From NCBI GenBank assembly GCA_046290225.1, contig JBKAGE010000078.1:141460-205459 (forward strand): 64,000 bases of DNA, given 5' to 3'. This document shows, one piece after another, positions 46,952 to 56,905 of this stretch. The position numbers and the translations under genes are program-made. Origin of the DNA: Bradymonadia bacterium. Its GTDB lineage: Bacteria; Myxococcota_A; Bradymonadia; UBA7976; UBA1532. How positions within the stretch are numbered: position 1 is the first letter of the stretch; every line of letters begins with the position of its first letter. The notes under the pieces were generated by a model. That model did not search any database, was not told the DNA's origin, and saw only the letters and a program-made list of their open reading frames with translations.

Positions 46952-47241
46952 GTGATCTTCCTCACGTGCACAGGCTCGCCCACTTCGAGGGCAAATTGTC
47001 GAGTTGCTGACCGCTCGCGCACCGCGCACTCTACGGTGCCTTCACTGCCGATGAGCGTGATCGGCGCGCCGATGTCTACCTCACTGTACGAGACAGCGGG
47101 GCCCTCCAACTCAGCGAGATCGACCAGGTGCGCCTCTGGCGCGGCGCTGAGCACACGGCCGCGCATTGCGTCCACAAAGCCATCGACGTCGCCGAAGTCG
47201 GTGAGGAGGGTGACGATCATGGGCGGCAGGGTAACGAACAC
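46948..47241 (-). CDS. DUF62 (SAM hydroxide adenosyltransferase family)-derived mini-ORF with internal in-frame deletion; possible pseudogene
   Basis: MIVTLLTDFGDVDGFVDAMRGRVLSAAPEAHLVDLAE matches the DUF62 N-terminus. LIGSEGTVECAVRERSATRQFALEVGEPV matches the DUF62 C-terminus. About 170 aa of the middle is missing. Its stop overlaps the next start (ATGA). Confidence 0.4.
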   Translation of the reverse strand: MFVTLPPMIVTLLTDFGDVDGFVDAMRGRVLSAAPEAHLVDLAELEGPAVSYSEVDIGAPITLIGSEGTVECAVRERSATRQFALEVGEPVHVRKIT

Positions 47242-47304
47242 CCTGCGTGGGCACCAGAGTTTGGGCGTGTCAGCGCAAATGTCGAGCAGGTGGCCGTGTA
47301 GAGC

Positions 47305-47934
47305 TCACTTGAGCACGTTGACGTGCACCTGCACTTTGAGGAGCAGCTTCAGCGCCAGGGCGTTCTTGGGCACAGGCTGGAAGGCTTCGAGGGTGAGTGC
47401 AGTGTCTACGCCGACTGAGAACGCCAGCTCAGAGAGTTGCGCGGAGGCGGATCCTGGCGCGCCAAGGTCATATTCGATCTCCCGAAGGGCGATGGCGGTC
47501 TCTGCGGGGATCCCCACAGTGCGCCCCAATCGCATGCCCTCGGCGACGTCGGCCATGGTGGGCGGGCCGAAGTACAGGTCGATGGGATCTACGTCTGCGG
47601 GGGTCTGGTTCGGGGCCCGTACTTCGTATTCCACGGAGACGAGTTCTACCCCTTCGAGCTTCTTTCGATGCTTCTTGAGCAGCTTGGCATCGTCTTCTCG
47701 GCCTGTCTCTTCAAGGTGGGCGATGACGTCCACTGGGAGCGAAACGGCGAGCCCGTGAGAGACGGACTCGGGCAGTCCCGGGAGATCCTGAGGTGGCAGC
47801 CGCACGGTGACGGGGATCTCGGTCTCTACGGTGACCCGCGGGACCTCGTCCAAGCCGAACACTTCTGAGAGGTTGCCACAGGCGGTGGAAGAAAAGAGCA
47901 GCGCAGCAGCGGCGAGGATACGCACGATGGGCAT
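47305..47934 (-). CDS. lipoprotein, hypothetical
   Basis: MPIVRILAAAALLFSSTACG (lipobox STAC). 209 aa. Confidence 0.5.
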   Translation of the reverse strand: MPIVRILAAAALLFSSTACGNLSEVFGLDEVPRVTVETEIPVTVRLPPQDLPGLPESVSHGLAVSLPVDVIAHLEETGREDDAKLLKKHRKKLEGVELVSVEYEVRAPNQTPADVDPIDLYFGPPTMADVAEGMRLGRTVGIPAETAIALREIEYDLGAPGSASAQLSELAFSVGVDTALTLEAFQPVPKNALALKLLLKVQVHVNVLK

Positions 47935-48002
47935 GACAGGCTCCGATCAGAGGTTTTACCTCTAGAACGTCAGCCCACAGCACAGATGGAGGGGGCGGGT
48001 CA

Positions 48003-48818
48003 TCACAGCACCTCGGCGCACCCACCCCGACCACAGCCACCGACGAAGGCCCGCTCACCGGGCACCACCACCCGCTTGCACTTGCGGCATGGGTGCCCTT
48101 CTGCGCGGGTATGCTCCAGGCCACTCGTCCGATCGCGCTCCAGCTCTTCGGAGAGGGCCTTCTGACCCGCACCGAGGGCCTCCAAGGACCGAACAGCGGG
48201 GCCGATCTGAGCGATCATTTCGTCTTGTGTGAGCTGCCCTGGGCCAGATGCCCTGATCTCCACCACACCGAGGGCCAGGCGGCACTCCCAGGGGGTGGGC
48301 CAGAGATCGCTCAGGCGCCTCAGGGCCCAGCGCACCCTCGACTCATGGGTCCACCAACGCCAGAGGGCGTCGTCGTCTGTCTCCATCGACAGCACTGCAA
48401 TGGCAGAGTCCTTGATGGACCAGACCACCTCCGACATGCCCTTCACCCAGCCCTCCAGCGGCGGCTGTGGGGGACAGCACAGCCGCCCGGCCACGGGCAC
48501 GGCCTCAGGGCCGACCAGTCTCAAGGTCACGGACCACCCACGGCGATCGAGGGACCACGAAGCTGTGATCTCTCCATAGTCGGAATGCACTCTGATCTCG
48601 GGACGGCCAGCGCCGCTCCAGTGCACCTTGAGCTCACCACCCAGAGCCTTCGCCGCAGAGCTCCACGCCGCCCCCGGCGACCGTTCACGGGTCAACTGCC
48701 TCTCTACCAGGGCCACGAGGGCAGGCAGCGCGAGGCACAGACCCGCTATGGCCCACCAGAGCAGGTCGCCCTCTCGAGGCCCGAGGGCGGCCCACAGAGT
48801 TGTCACGTTCACCCCCAT
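48003..48818 (-). CDS. hypothetical membrane protein with C-terminal zinc ribbon
   Basis: TM LLWWAIAGLCLALPALVALV. C-terminal CRKCKRV...CGRGGC. Start uncertain; it lies 16 nt from the divergent activator start. Confidence 0.4.
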   Translation of the reverse strand: MGVNVTTLWAALGPREGDLLWWAIAGLCLALPALVALVERQLTRERSPGAAWSSAAKALGGELKVHWSGAGRPEIRVHSDYGEITASWSLDRRGWSVTLRLVGPEAVPVAGRLCCPPQPPLEGWVKGMSEVVWSIKDSAIAVLSMETDDDALWRWWTHESRVRWALRRLSDLWPTPWECRLALGVVEIRASGPGQLTQDEMIAQIGPAVRSLEALGAGQKALSEELERDRTSGLEHTRAEGHPCRKCKRVVVPGERAFVGGCGRGGCAEVL

Positions 48819-48834
48819 CTCCTATCTTCGAGCG

Positions 48835-51800
48835 ATGTCCAGAGGCAATCCACCCCCACCCTTCTCTCTGGGCCTCGCCCGGGCCCTCAACGGGTCGGAC
48901 GTGGTCCCTGATCTCTTCGGCCGTGTAGATGAGCTCGGGCGACTGAGAGGGCTGCTCGAGGAAACTCGGCAGACCCAATCGGGCCGCTCCGCGCTGGTCA
49001 CCGGCATCCCAGGCATCGGCAAGAGCCGCCTGCTCACTGAATTCAAGCGTGAGCTGACCGCCCGGAGCGAGGTGGTCTTCGAGGCCCGCTGCCAGCCTGC
49101 AGATGGCCGCCCATATGGTGCGCTCACTGATCTTCTGGGTCGTGGCGCTCAGCTGCTCGCCGATCTGGGCGCTCCCGGACACCACATCGATCACGCCCTG
49201 GCTCTCATCGCCGGCCAGCCGGGCCCTGTGGCGCATGACCCGGAAGCTGATCCCGTGGACCAGCGACTTCGCTTTCCGGAAACCCTCCGCAGAGCCTTCA
49301 TCGAGCTCGCCGCCGTACGTCCTGTTGTCTGCCTCGTGCACGACGTGCATCACGCCGATCCGGCCACCCTCCGCGTGCTCCACTACCTCGTAGAGAACCT
49401 GCTGGCCGATCCGGCTTTTGCCTGGATCACCGAGGGGCTCGCCGCCGATCAAGCGCCGGCACCTGAGCAATTTCAGGGCTTGCTGGTGATGTCTTTCGAA
49501 GAAGGGCCCACGACACGACCACTCATCGAGTTGTCCCAGGCGAGCAGCGCCGTGGCCCACCTCGCTCTCGAAGGGCTCGACGAAGCGGGGATCAGAGCAT
49601 TCCTGCAGTCGGATCTGGTGGTGAAGCGGGTCATGCAGGCCACTGAGGGGGTCCCGCTGGCTTTAAGCCACCTTCTGGCCTCGATTCCTCGACAACCCAT
49701 CGACTTCTGGGCCCAGCGCCTGAAACAGGCAGCTCAAGCCGCAGGGCCGGTCCTCGACGTCCTGGCGGCCTTCAACCGGCCTGTGGCTTTCGAACAGCTG
49801 AGGGTTCTGCTGGCGTCACCGGAGATGGCCGCAGCTCAACTGCCTCTACTGGTGGAGAGTGGCCTGGTAAAGCGCACGCTCGATCGAGGAGAGGCGCTGT
49901 TCACCTTCGTCCGCAGCGACGCCCGGCTGACACACTACCGGGCCATGTCCGCCGATCGCCGACGCCTCGTACACGTGCACATCGCCGAGCATCTCTCCGG
50001 CGGCGCTGGCCTCGGAGTCCCTGCAGAAGAGGTCGCCCAGCACTTCATCGCCGCTGAGGTCCCAGAGCGAGCGCTCACCTATGCCCTCATGGCCGCCGAC
50101 CGCCTCGAGGCAGGGCAGTCCTATGCCCGGGCCGCCCGGCTTCTGGAGCAGGTGGTCGACGCGGCGAGCGGGGCAGATCGACTCACGGTGCTGGATCGAC
50201 TCTCGGCCTTGTACGTGCTCACGGGGCTCTACGACGCAGGCATCGAGACCACCATGGCCACCACGGCCGTCGATCCCGATGCGCTGCGCGATCCTGCACG
50301 GGCACTGCACCTCACCCGTTTGTACTTGCTCGCTGGTAAACCGCGCCTCGCAGCACAGGTGGTCGATGAAGCCATCAGCACGGGAGTGAGCGTTCCCACG
50401 GCCCGGCGGGCGCTCTGGTCTCTCGCAGGAGAAGCGCAATATCTGCTCGGCGCCGGTGACGAGGCCCTTGCCCGATGCGAGAACTTCGACACCTCGTCGG
50501 TCGACCGCCACGCCCTCTCGATCCGCAACACCCAGGGCAAGGTCTTTCTCTCGCGGGAGGCCCACGAGCGGGCCTACGAGCTCTTCGCCCGCAACCTCGA
50601 CGATGCCCGAGCCATCGGCGACGCCACGCAGGAGCTCAAAGCGCTGCTCAACCTCGGCGTGGTCCATCTGCAACGGGGTGACACAGAAGGCGCCACCGAG
50701 GCCTTCGAGCATGCCCAACGTCGGGCAGAAGCCCACGGCGACCTGCTCCATCTCGCCATCGCCTTGTTCAACCTCGGCGTGCTCTATCACCGCCACCAAC
50801 GGTTCTCTCAAGCGCTCGAGGGCTACCACCGCGCAGCCTCGGCCTTCCGAAAGCTCGGAGAGCACACCAAGGTGGTGAGCGCCATCCTCAACCTCGCAGA
50901 TCTCTACGTCACCGTGGGTGATCTCGATCGAGCCCAGCGCCTCGTGGCCATCGCCCGGACCAACATCACCATGGGTCGCGGCCCTGCGAGCACAGCCCAG
51001 GTGATGCTCCTCGAGGGCGACATCGCCCGAGCTCAGGGGCAGCTCGACCTCGCCGCAGCGCGATATGAGGAGGTCTGCCAGGAGGTGGAGCGCGGAGGTC
51101 ACCATCTCCGGCTCGGGCAGGTCTTGTGGGCTCAGGCCGAGCTGATGCTCGAGAAAGGCGATCTCACTGCAGCAGGCCACCTTCTCGACCGCGCCGAGGA
51201 GCTGCCAGAGACCACGCGCACCAGCAGCCTCAGCGCACGCTGGCGCATGACTCGGGGCACGGTCTTCGAAGCCATGGGCGAGCCCCAAAAGGCCCTCGAT
51301 GTGCTCAAGATGGCGTGTGAAGCCCTCGAGGCCCTCGATGACCGCGACGTGCACGGTCAGGCCCTCTGGCGCCTCGCCCGTGCGCGCTGGGCGGTCTCTG
51401 ATCGCCCCGGCACCCTCGAAGCTCTGGCCCGGGCGTCGGAGGCCATGCAGGCCGTGGCCAGCGAGCTGCCTGATCATCTCAAGGGCCGATACCTCAGCAG
51501 CGGCGCCCGCAAAGAGATCCGTGAGGCGCTGACGCGTGTGCGCGCAGGCCGAGCGCCCAAGGCGCCGCTGAAAGCTCAGCCCAGAACTGAGCAGATGCCC
51601 CGACAGTCCCTCGCCTTCAACCCCGCCTGGGAAGGTCGATACCCCCACATCATCGGCCGCGCCGACGCGCTCTACTCTGTGTTCAACACCCTCGACAAAG
51701 TCTCGGGCTCGAGCAACATGGTCCTCCTCCGAGGCGAGTCGGGCACAGGCAAAGAGCTCGTGGCGGCGGCGCTCCACCGAAACAGCCCGAGACACGGCCA

Positions 51801-52779
51801 CCCCTTCATCAAGGTGAATTGCGCAGCCTTTGTGGAGACCCTGCTGCTCAGCGAGCTGTTCGGCCACGAGAAAGGGGCGTTTACGGGTGCTGTGACCCGA
51901 AAGAAAGGCCGCTTCGAGCTCGCCGACAAGGGCACGCTGTTCCTCGACGAGATCGGCGACATCAGCCCCAACACGCAGGTGGCCTTGCTTCGCGTGTTGC
52001 AGGAAGGCGTCTTCGAGCGCGTGGGCGGCTCCGAGTCCATTCAGGTGGACGTCCGGGTGATCTGCGCCACCCACCGCAACCTCGAGGCCATGGTGCGTGA
52101 CGGTGAGTTCCGCGCCGATCTCTACTATCGACTCCGCGGCGTGATCATCGAGCTACCCGCCCTCCGAGATCGCCAGGGCGACATCCCCCTGCTCGTGGAG
52201 CACTTCCTCAATCGCAGAGTTCGAGCCGGCCAGCGCCCCCTCCGGTTCAGCAGAGAGGGGTTGGCGAGCCTGATGGAGCACGACTGGCCAGGAAACATCC
52301 GCGAGTTGGAGAACGTGGTGCGCAGCGTGGCGCTCTTTGCCGACGGTGACACCATCGGCCTCGGCGAGCTGGGCGAGCTGACAGACATTTTTAAGCCGCC
52401 CTCAGAAGAGTCCCTTCTGCACCTCGACGAGCTCACTCACGCGCGGCAGACGCCCCCCCCGCCGATCCCCGTTTCAGCCGCAGTGGAGGCCCCTTCACCC
52501 ACCCCTCCGGAGGGCCCCACGGGCGAGGCAGAGGCCCCTTCATCCCCCTCCGCCCGCCTCGTAGAGGACTGGTTGAGTCAGCTGCTGGAGGAAGAAGGAA
52601 GTTTGTCCGATGTAAAAAAGCGCATAGAATTCGAGGCCATCGCCCGAGCTCTACGTTCGACCCACGGGAATATCACCCGGGCGGCGGAGAAATTGGGGAT
52701 GAAAAGGCCGCGACTTTCGCAGATAATCCATGGGAATCAGGCCCTCGGCCAACTCAAACGAGAGGTGAGCCAGTCATGA
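48835..52779 (+). CDS. sigma54-dependent transcriptional activator with N-terminal STAND (AAA_16-like) NTPase and TPR region, plus C-terminal Fis-type HTH
   Basis: N-terminal GIPGIGKSRLL (P-loop) and a long TPR-like helical array. Sigma54 AAA+ module LLRGESGTGKE, GAFTGA, and the ESELFGHEKGAFTGA loop. C-terminal HTH ARALRSTHGNITRAAEKLGM. Start chosen at ATG 48835. Confidence 0.8.
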   Translation: MSRGNPPPPFSLGLARALNGSDVVPDLFGRVDELGRLRGLLEETRQTQSGRSALVTGIPGIGKSRLLTEFKRELTARSEVVFEARCQPADGRPYGALTDLLGRGAQLLADLGAPGHHIDHALALIAGQPGPVAHDPEADPVDQRLRFPETLRRAFIELAAVRPVVCLVHDVHHADPATLRVLHYLVENLLADPAFAWITEGLAADQAPAPEQFQGLLVMSFEEGPTTRPLIELSQASSAVAHLALEGLDEAGIRAFLQSDLVVKRVMQATEGVPLALSHLLASIPRQPIDFWAQRLKQAAQAAGPVLDVLAAFNRPVAFEQLRVLLASPEMAAAQLPLLVESGLVKRTLDRGEALFTFVRSDARLTHYRAMSADRRRLVHVHIAEHLSGGAGLGVPAEEVAQHFIAAEVPERALTYALMAADRLEAGQSYARAARLLEQVVDAASGADRLTVLDRLSALYVLTGLYDAGIETTMATTAVDPDALRDPARALHLTRLYLLAGKPRLAAQVVDEAISTGVSVPTARRALWSLAGEAQYLLGAGDEALARCENFDTSSVDRHALSIRNTQGKVFLSREAHERAYELFARNLDDARAIGDATQELKALLNLGVVHLQRGDTEGATEAFEHAQRRAEAHGDLLHLAIALFNLGVLYHRHQRFSQALEGYHRAASAFRKLGEHTKVVSAILNLADLYVTVGDLDRAQRLVAIARTNITMGRGPASTAQVMLLEGDIARAQGQLDLAAARYEEVCQEVERGGHHLRLGQVLWAQAELMLEKGDLTAAGHLLDRAEELPETTRTSSLSARWRMTRGTVFEAMGEPQKALDVLKMACEALEALDDRDVHGQALWRLARARWAVSDRPGTLEALARASEAMQAVASELPDHLKGRYLSSGARKEIREALTRVRAGRAPKAPLKAQPRTEQMPRQSLAFNPAWEGRYPHIIGRADALYSVFNTLDKVSGSSNMVLLRGESGTGKELVAAALHRNSPRHGHPFIKVNCAAFVETLLLSELFGHEKGAFTGAVTRKKGRFELADKGTLFLDEIGDISPNTQVALLRVLQEGVFERVGGSESIQVDVRVICATHRNLEAMVRDGEFRADLYYRLRGVIIELPALRDRQGDIPLLVEHFLNRRVRAGQRPLRFSREGLASLMEHDWPGNIRELENVVRSVALFADGDTIGLGELGELTDIFKPPSEESLLHLDELTHARQTPPPPIPVSAAVEAPSPTPPEGPTGEAEAPSSPSARLVEDWLSQLLEEEGSLSDVKKRIEFEAIARALRSTHGNITRAAEKLGMKRPRLSQIIHGNQALGQLKREVSQS

Positions 52780-53762
52780 AGATGCGACGCCCCATTCAGC
52801 GACACCGCTTCTTCTCCCGCACCCACGTCGGTGTGCTGGCTGGTGCCCTCATGGCGCTGACGGCCTGTGGCGAGGGTCTGCACGACGATGCTGGCCTCTC
52901 CGGCGCCGAAGCTGCCCCGACCCATGACTCTGCCGCTGACGGTCTGCACATCACCCCTCATGTCGAGCTCCTCGGTCTCGAAGACATCTACGCCGACTTC
53001 GAGCTGACGCACCTCGACTTCACCGCCCGCCTGTTCCTGTTGCCTGCTGATGGCAGTGCCGCGGGTGTGAGCGCCGAGCTCGACGTGGCCTTCGAGAACG
53101 GCCACGTCTACACCACACTCAACACAGAGCAGCTGGTCCTGGCTCAGGGCGGCACCTACGACGTGCTCCTGGGCATCTACCCCGCTTCGAGCCGCGCCTC
53201 GGTGGTCATCGGCGGCAAGGTCGACCTGCCTGCGCAGGACGTGCCAGGCCTCGACGCCCGCGGGAAGGCTGAAGAGGGCGACGACTTCGACGAGATGCCC
53301 AACCTCGAGCCGGTGCCCATGCCCGCCCGCAACCCGGCGGACGATCCTGGCGAGGCCTCTTCGGGGAACGACGAGCCGGTGCCCATGCCTGCCCGCAACC
53401 CCGAGTCTTCTGATCCGCACTCTGAGCCGGTGCCCATGCCCGCTCGCAACCGCGGAAAGGGCGATCTGCCAGAAGAGCACGAGTCCAGCCACAACGAGGT
53501 GGGCATCCCCGGTGAGTACGAGGTGTCAGGCGCGGGTGAGCCCGTCTTCGTTCAGTCCCGTCGCATCTTCGAGTTCCGCGTGGGCCGCATCGCCCTCACG
53601 GATGACACCCGCGAGCTGTGGGTGACCTGGGATGTGAGCGAATGGCTCAGCAACCTCATCGCCGATGCCTTTGGTGAGCCCACTGAAGACTCCACGTCGA
53701 ACGATCCGAACGACGGCTTCTCGGATACGACCCGCAGCTTCTCCCTCTCGAGTCGCAACTAG
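52776..53762 (+). CDS. lipoprotein with three EPVPMPARN(P) repeats
   Basis: LMALTACG lipobox. Its start overlaps the activator stop (ATGA). Tandem-spaced EPVPMPARNP x3. Confidence 0.55.
   Translation: MKMRRPIQRHRFFSRTHVGVLAGALMALTACGEGLHDDAGLSGAEAAPTHDSAADGLHITPHVELLGLEDIYADFELTHLDFTARLFLLPADGSAAGVSAELDVAFENGHVYTTLNTEQLVLAQGGTYDVLLGIYPASSRASVVIGGKVDLPAQDVPGLDARGKAEEGDDFDEMPNLEPVPMPARNPADDPGEASSGNDEPVPMPARNPESSDPHSEPVPMPARNRGKGDLPEEHESSHNEVGIPGEYEVSGAGEPVFVQSRRIFEFRVGRIALTDDTRELWVTWDVSEWLSNLIADAFGEPTEDSTSNDPNDGFSDTTRSFSLSSRN
53306..53452 (+). repeat. three spaced 30-nt direct repeats (gagccggtgcccatgcccgcccgcaacccg) encoding EPVPMPARNP
   Basis: Repeats at about 53306, 53369 and 53423, within the lipoprotein gene. 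Confidence 0.6.
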
Positions 53763-53830
53763 CTGGCTCCGGCGCTTCGGTGGCGCCAGCCGCTCTTTGC
53801 TCCGGCGCTTCGGCGGCGCCAGCCGCCGTG
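53762..53830. terminator. twin GC-rich palindromic elements (tandem direct repeat of a hairpin) between convergent genes
   Basis: gctggctccggcgcttcggtggcgccagccgc and ctccggcgcttcggcggcgccagccgcc. Each has a GGCGC/GCGCC stem around a ttcggyg loop. Located between the lipoprotein stop (53762) and the clpB stop (54042). No T-tract. Confidence 0.35.
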
Positions 53831-54041
53831 ACGCCGACGATTTCACGCACAGATACGACTTTTCCGTCCTCGACGCAGCGCTGCTGCGCCTGCGGGTGAA
53901 AACCCGCATCTGCACGCAAACTCGCCGACCTCACGACGACTGTCGCCACCTACGCACCTCCGCGGGGCACGTACATGGCGTTTTTTTGTTGGATTGGGTG
54001 CGGACACTTCTGATGAGGAAATTTGGCCTGCTGAGAAGGGA

Positions 54042-56654
54042 TCAGTTGGCCTTGTTGAAGGTCAGGTGGTTGCCATCGACGTCGATGTAGATGGTGTCGC
54101 CTTCGACGAAGTGACCAGAGACGAGCTGTAGGGCGAGAGGATTCTCGAGGTGGCGCTGGATGGCTCTCTTGAGGGGACGGGCGCCGAAGCTGGGATCGTA
54201 GCCGGATTCCAGGATGAGCGCCTTCGCCTCCGGGCTCAGGCTCATCGTGAGTTTGCGGTCCGCGAGACGTCCTCGGAAACGATCCAGCTGCACATCGATG
54301 ATGCGCTCCAACTCTGCTCGATCGAGGCGGTCGAAGATGACCACATCGTCGACGCGGTTGAGAAACTCGGGGCGGAAGTGGCCCTTGAGCGCCGCATTGA
54401 CTTCAGCTTGCATCTGCGCCCGCTCGTCTCTGCTGTAGCTCTGGATCGCCTCCGAGCCCAGGTTGCTGGTCATGATGATCACCGCGCTCTCGAAATGCAC
54501 CACCCTGCCCTGTCCATCGGTGAGGCGACCGTCGTCCAGGAGCTGAAGCAGCACATTGAAAACATCAGGGTGAGCCTTCTCGATCTCGTCGAGCAAAATC
54601 ACCGCATAGGGTCGCCGGCGCACAGCTTCTGTGAGCTGACCGCCCTCTTCGTAGCCCACATAGCCCGGGGGGGCGCCGATGAGCCGCGCCACGGCGTGAC
54701 GCTCCATGTACTCCGACATGTCGATGCGCACGATGGCCTTCTCGTCATTGAACAGCGTCTCGGCGAGGCTGCGAGCCAGCTCCGTCTTCCCCACCCCGGT
54801 GGGCCCCAGAAACAAGAAGCTGCCGATGGGCCGGTTGGGATCAGACAGACCTGCCCGTGAGCGGCGGACAGCGTTGGCCACCGCTTCGACGGCATCGTGC
54901 TGGCCGATGACCCGCCTGTGCAGGTGATCTTCGAGGTGGGCGAGCTTCTCCTGCTCGCCTTGCAACATGCGGTCTACGGGGATACCCGTCCAACGACTGA
55001 CCACCGTTGCGATGTCGTCGGGGCTGACCTCCTGAATCAAGAAGCTGCCCTTCTCCTGGATGGCGTTCACATCTGCCTCGGCCTGATCGATCTGCTGTCG
55101 CAGGCTCTGCACCTGACCGGCGATCTCGGTGACCTCCTGATACATGCGCTCCCGCTCGGTGTAGCTCTGCACCAGAGGTAGACGCTGCCGCAGTCGCTCT
55201 TCCTGGCTGGCGGCTTCCTCCAGCTTCTCACGCAGCTCACTCACCCGCTCGATGGCCCGCTTCTCGGCCATCCACGTCTCCGTGAGCGCCTGTGACTGCA
55301 GCCGCAGAGCAGAGAGCTCTTCCTCCACCGAGGCGAGGCGCGCTCTGGAGGCGTCGTCGCTCTCATGGGTGAGCGAGACGCGCTCGATCTCCAAGCCTGT
55401 GATCTGCCGCTCCACGGCGTCGATGGCTTGCGGCCGGCTGTCCAGCTCCAGCCTGATGCGGCTCGCCGCCTCGTCCATCAGGTCGATGGCCTTGTCGGGC
55501 AGCTGACGATCAGTGATGTAGCGGTTCGACAAAGTGGCTGCAGCAACGAGGGCGGCATCCTGAATCCGAATGCCGTGGTGCACCTCGTACTTCTCTCGCA
55601 GGCCACGCAGAATCGAGATGGCATCGGCGACGGTGGGCTCACCGACGTAGACCGACTGGAACCGGCGCTCAAGGGCGCCATCTTTCTCGATGTACTTCCG
55701 GTACTCATCGAGGGTGGTGGCGCCCACACACCGCAACTCGCCACGGGCCAGAGCGGGCTTGAGCATGTTCGAGGCATCCATGGCCCCCTCTGCGGCCCCA
55801 GCGCCCACCAGGGTATGCAGCTCGTCAATGAACAGAATGATGCGGCCGTCAGCGGTGCTGACTTCTTTGATGACCGCCTTGAGTCGATCCTCGAACTCTC
55901 CTCGATATTTTGCCCCGGCGATGAGGGCGCCGAGATCGAGGCTGAGCAGCTGCTTCTCTCGCAGCCCCTCGGGTACGTCACCAGAGATGATGCGGGCGGC
56001 GATGCCCTCGACGATGGCGGTCTTGCCCACCCCGGGCTCACCGATGAGCACGGGGTTGTTCTTGGTGCGCCGCTGGAGCACCTGCATCACCCTCCGGATC
56101 TCGTCATCTCGCCCGATGACCGGGTCGAGCTTGCCCTTGTTCGCCAGCTCGGTGAGATCACGGGTGTACTTCTTCAGGGCGTCGTACTTCCCTTCAGGAT
56201 CAGCCTCGGTGATGCGAGTGTTCCCCCGCATCTCTACGAGGGCAGTGAGCAAAGCGCTCTTCTTGATCCCCCGCCGCCGCAAGGCCTCTCCGACCCCACC
56301 CTTGAGCTGGAGCATGGCGAGGAGCATGTGCTCGGTAGAGACATACTCATCACCCATCTGGTCGGCTTCTTTGGCGGCCCCCCGGGCCACCTGTGCCAGC
56401 TCAGAGCTCTCGGAAAGCGAGTGCCGCCCCTGTACGACGGGCTTGCGGCTCAGGATACCCTCGCAGTCTCGCTTGAGGGCCTGATGCTCAACGCCGAGCT
56501 TGTCGAGCAAACTCCGGGTGATGCCCTCATCCTGGTTGATGAGAGCGACGAGCACATGCTCAGGATAAAGCTCGGGGTGCCCAGCCTTCTGGGCGCTGCC
56601 CACGGCTTTGCTGAGAGCCTCGCGAGACTTGATGGTGAAGTTGTCGTAGTTCAT
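54042..56654 (-). CDS. clpB: ATP-dependent chaperone ClpB
   Basis: Two AAA+ modules ([13 protein letters not shown] and [15 protein letters not shown] Walker A motifs), middle coiled-coil domain, Clp N domain. Start [14 protein letters not shown]. Confidence 0.95.
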   Translation of the reverse strand: MNYDNFTIKSREALSKAVGSAQKAGHPELYPEHVLVALINQDEGITRSLLDKLGVEHQALKRDCEGILSRKPVVQGRHSLSESSELAQVARGAAKEADQMGDEYVSTEHMLLAMLQLKGGVGEALRRRGIKKSALLTALVEMRGNTRITEADPEGKYDALKKYTRDLTELANKGKLDPVIGRDDEIRRVMQVLQRRTKNNPVLIGEPGVGKTAIVEGIAARIISGDVPEGLREKQLLSLDLGALIAGAKYRGEFEDRLKAVIKEVSTADGRIILFIDELHTLVGAGAAEGAMDASNMLKPALARGELRCVGATTLDEYRKYIEKDGALERRFQSVYVGEPTVADAISILRGLREKYEVHHGIRIQDAALVAAATLSNRYITDRQLPDKAIDLMDEAASRIRLELDSRPQAIDAVERQITGLEIERVSLTHESDDASRARLASVEEELSALRLQSQALTETWMAEKRAIERVSELREKLEEAASQEERLRQRLPLVQSYTERERMYQEVTEIAGQVQSLRQQIDQAEADVNAIQEKGSFLIQEVSPDDIATVVSRWTGIPVDRMLQGEQEKLAHLEDHLHRRVIGQHDAVEAVANAVRRSRAGLSDPNRPIGSFLFLGPTGVGKTELARSLAETLFNDEKAIVRIDMSEYMERHAVARLIGAPPGYVGYEEGGQLTEAVRRRPYAVILLDEIEKAHPDVFNVLLQLLDDGRLTDGQGRVVHFESAVIIMTSNLGSEAIQSYSRDERAQMQAEVNAALKGHFRPEFLNRVDDVVIFDRLDRAELERIIDVQLDRFRGRLADRKLTMSLSPEAKALILESGYDPSFGARPLKRAIQRHLENPLALQLVSGHFVEGDTIYIDVDGNHLTFNKAN

Positions 56655-56905
56655 GGCTCCCTCCACGCAATCACAGATGAGTCAATCCGCACGGGTGCCC
56701 TGGATCAAAACTCGATCTCGGACACGACCTGCTGGCTTGTGAAGACTGTCAGTCACCACCTTTGGACAAAAAGGGCTGACTCACCTCGGGTTGGATCGAC
56801 CGTAAACACGATCGTGAGGGCTGCAAGCTGGTGCGGGATAAGCTGAGGCGGGGCCAACTGGGGCGAGGCCAGCTGGCGTGAGGCGAGCTCTGCGGCCATC
56901 AGACC

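Noticed and set aside
56655-56905. Heat-shock control element (CIRCE, HAIR or sigma32 promoter) upstream of clpB
   Set aside because: I scanned the 251-nt upstream region on the coding strand. There is no TTAGCACTC-N9-GAGTGCTAA, no CTTGAGT-N7-ACTCAAG, and no convincing CTTGAAA...CCCCAT. There is only a TTGACT hexamer with no matching -10, so I make no call.
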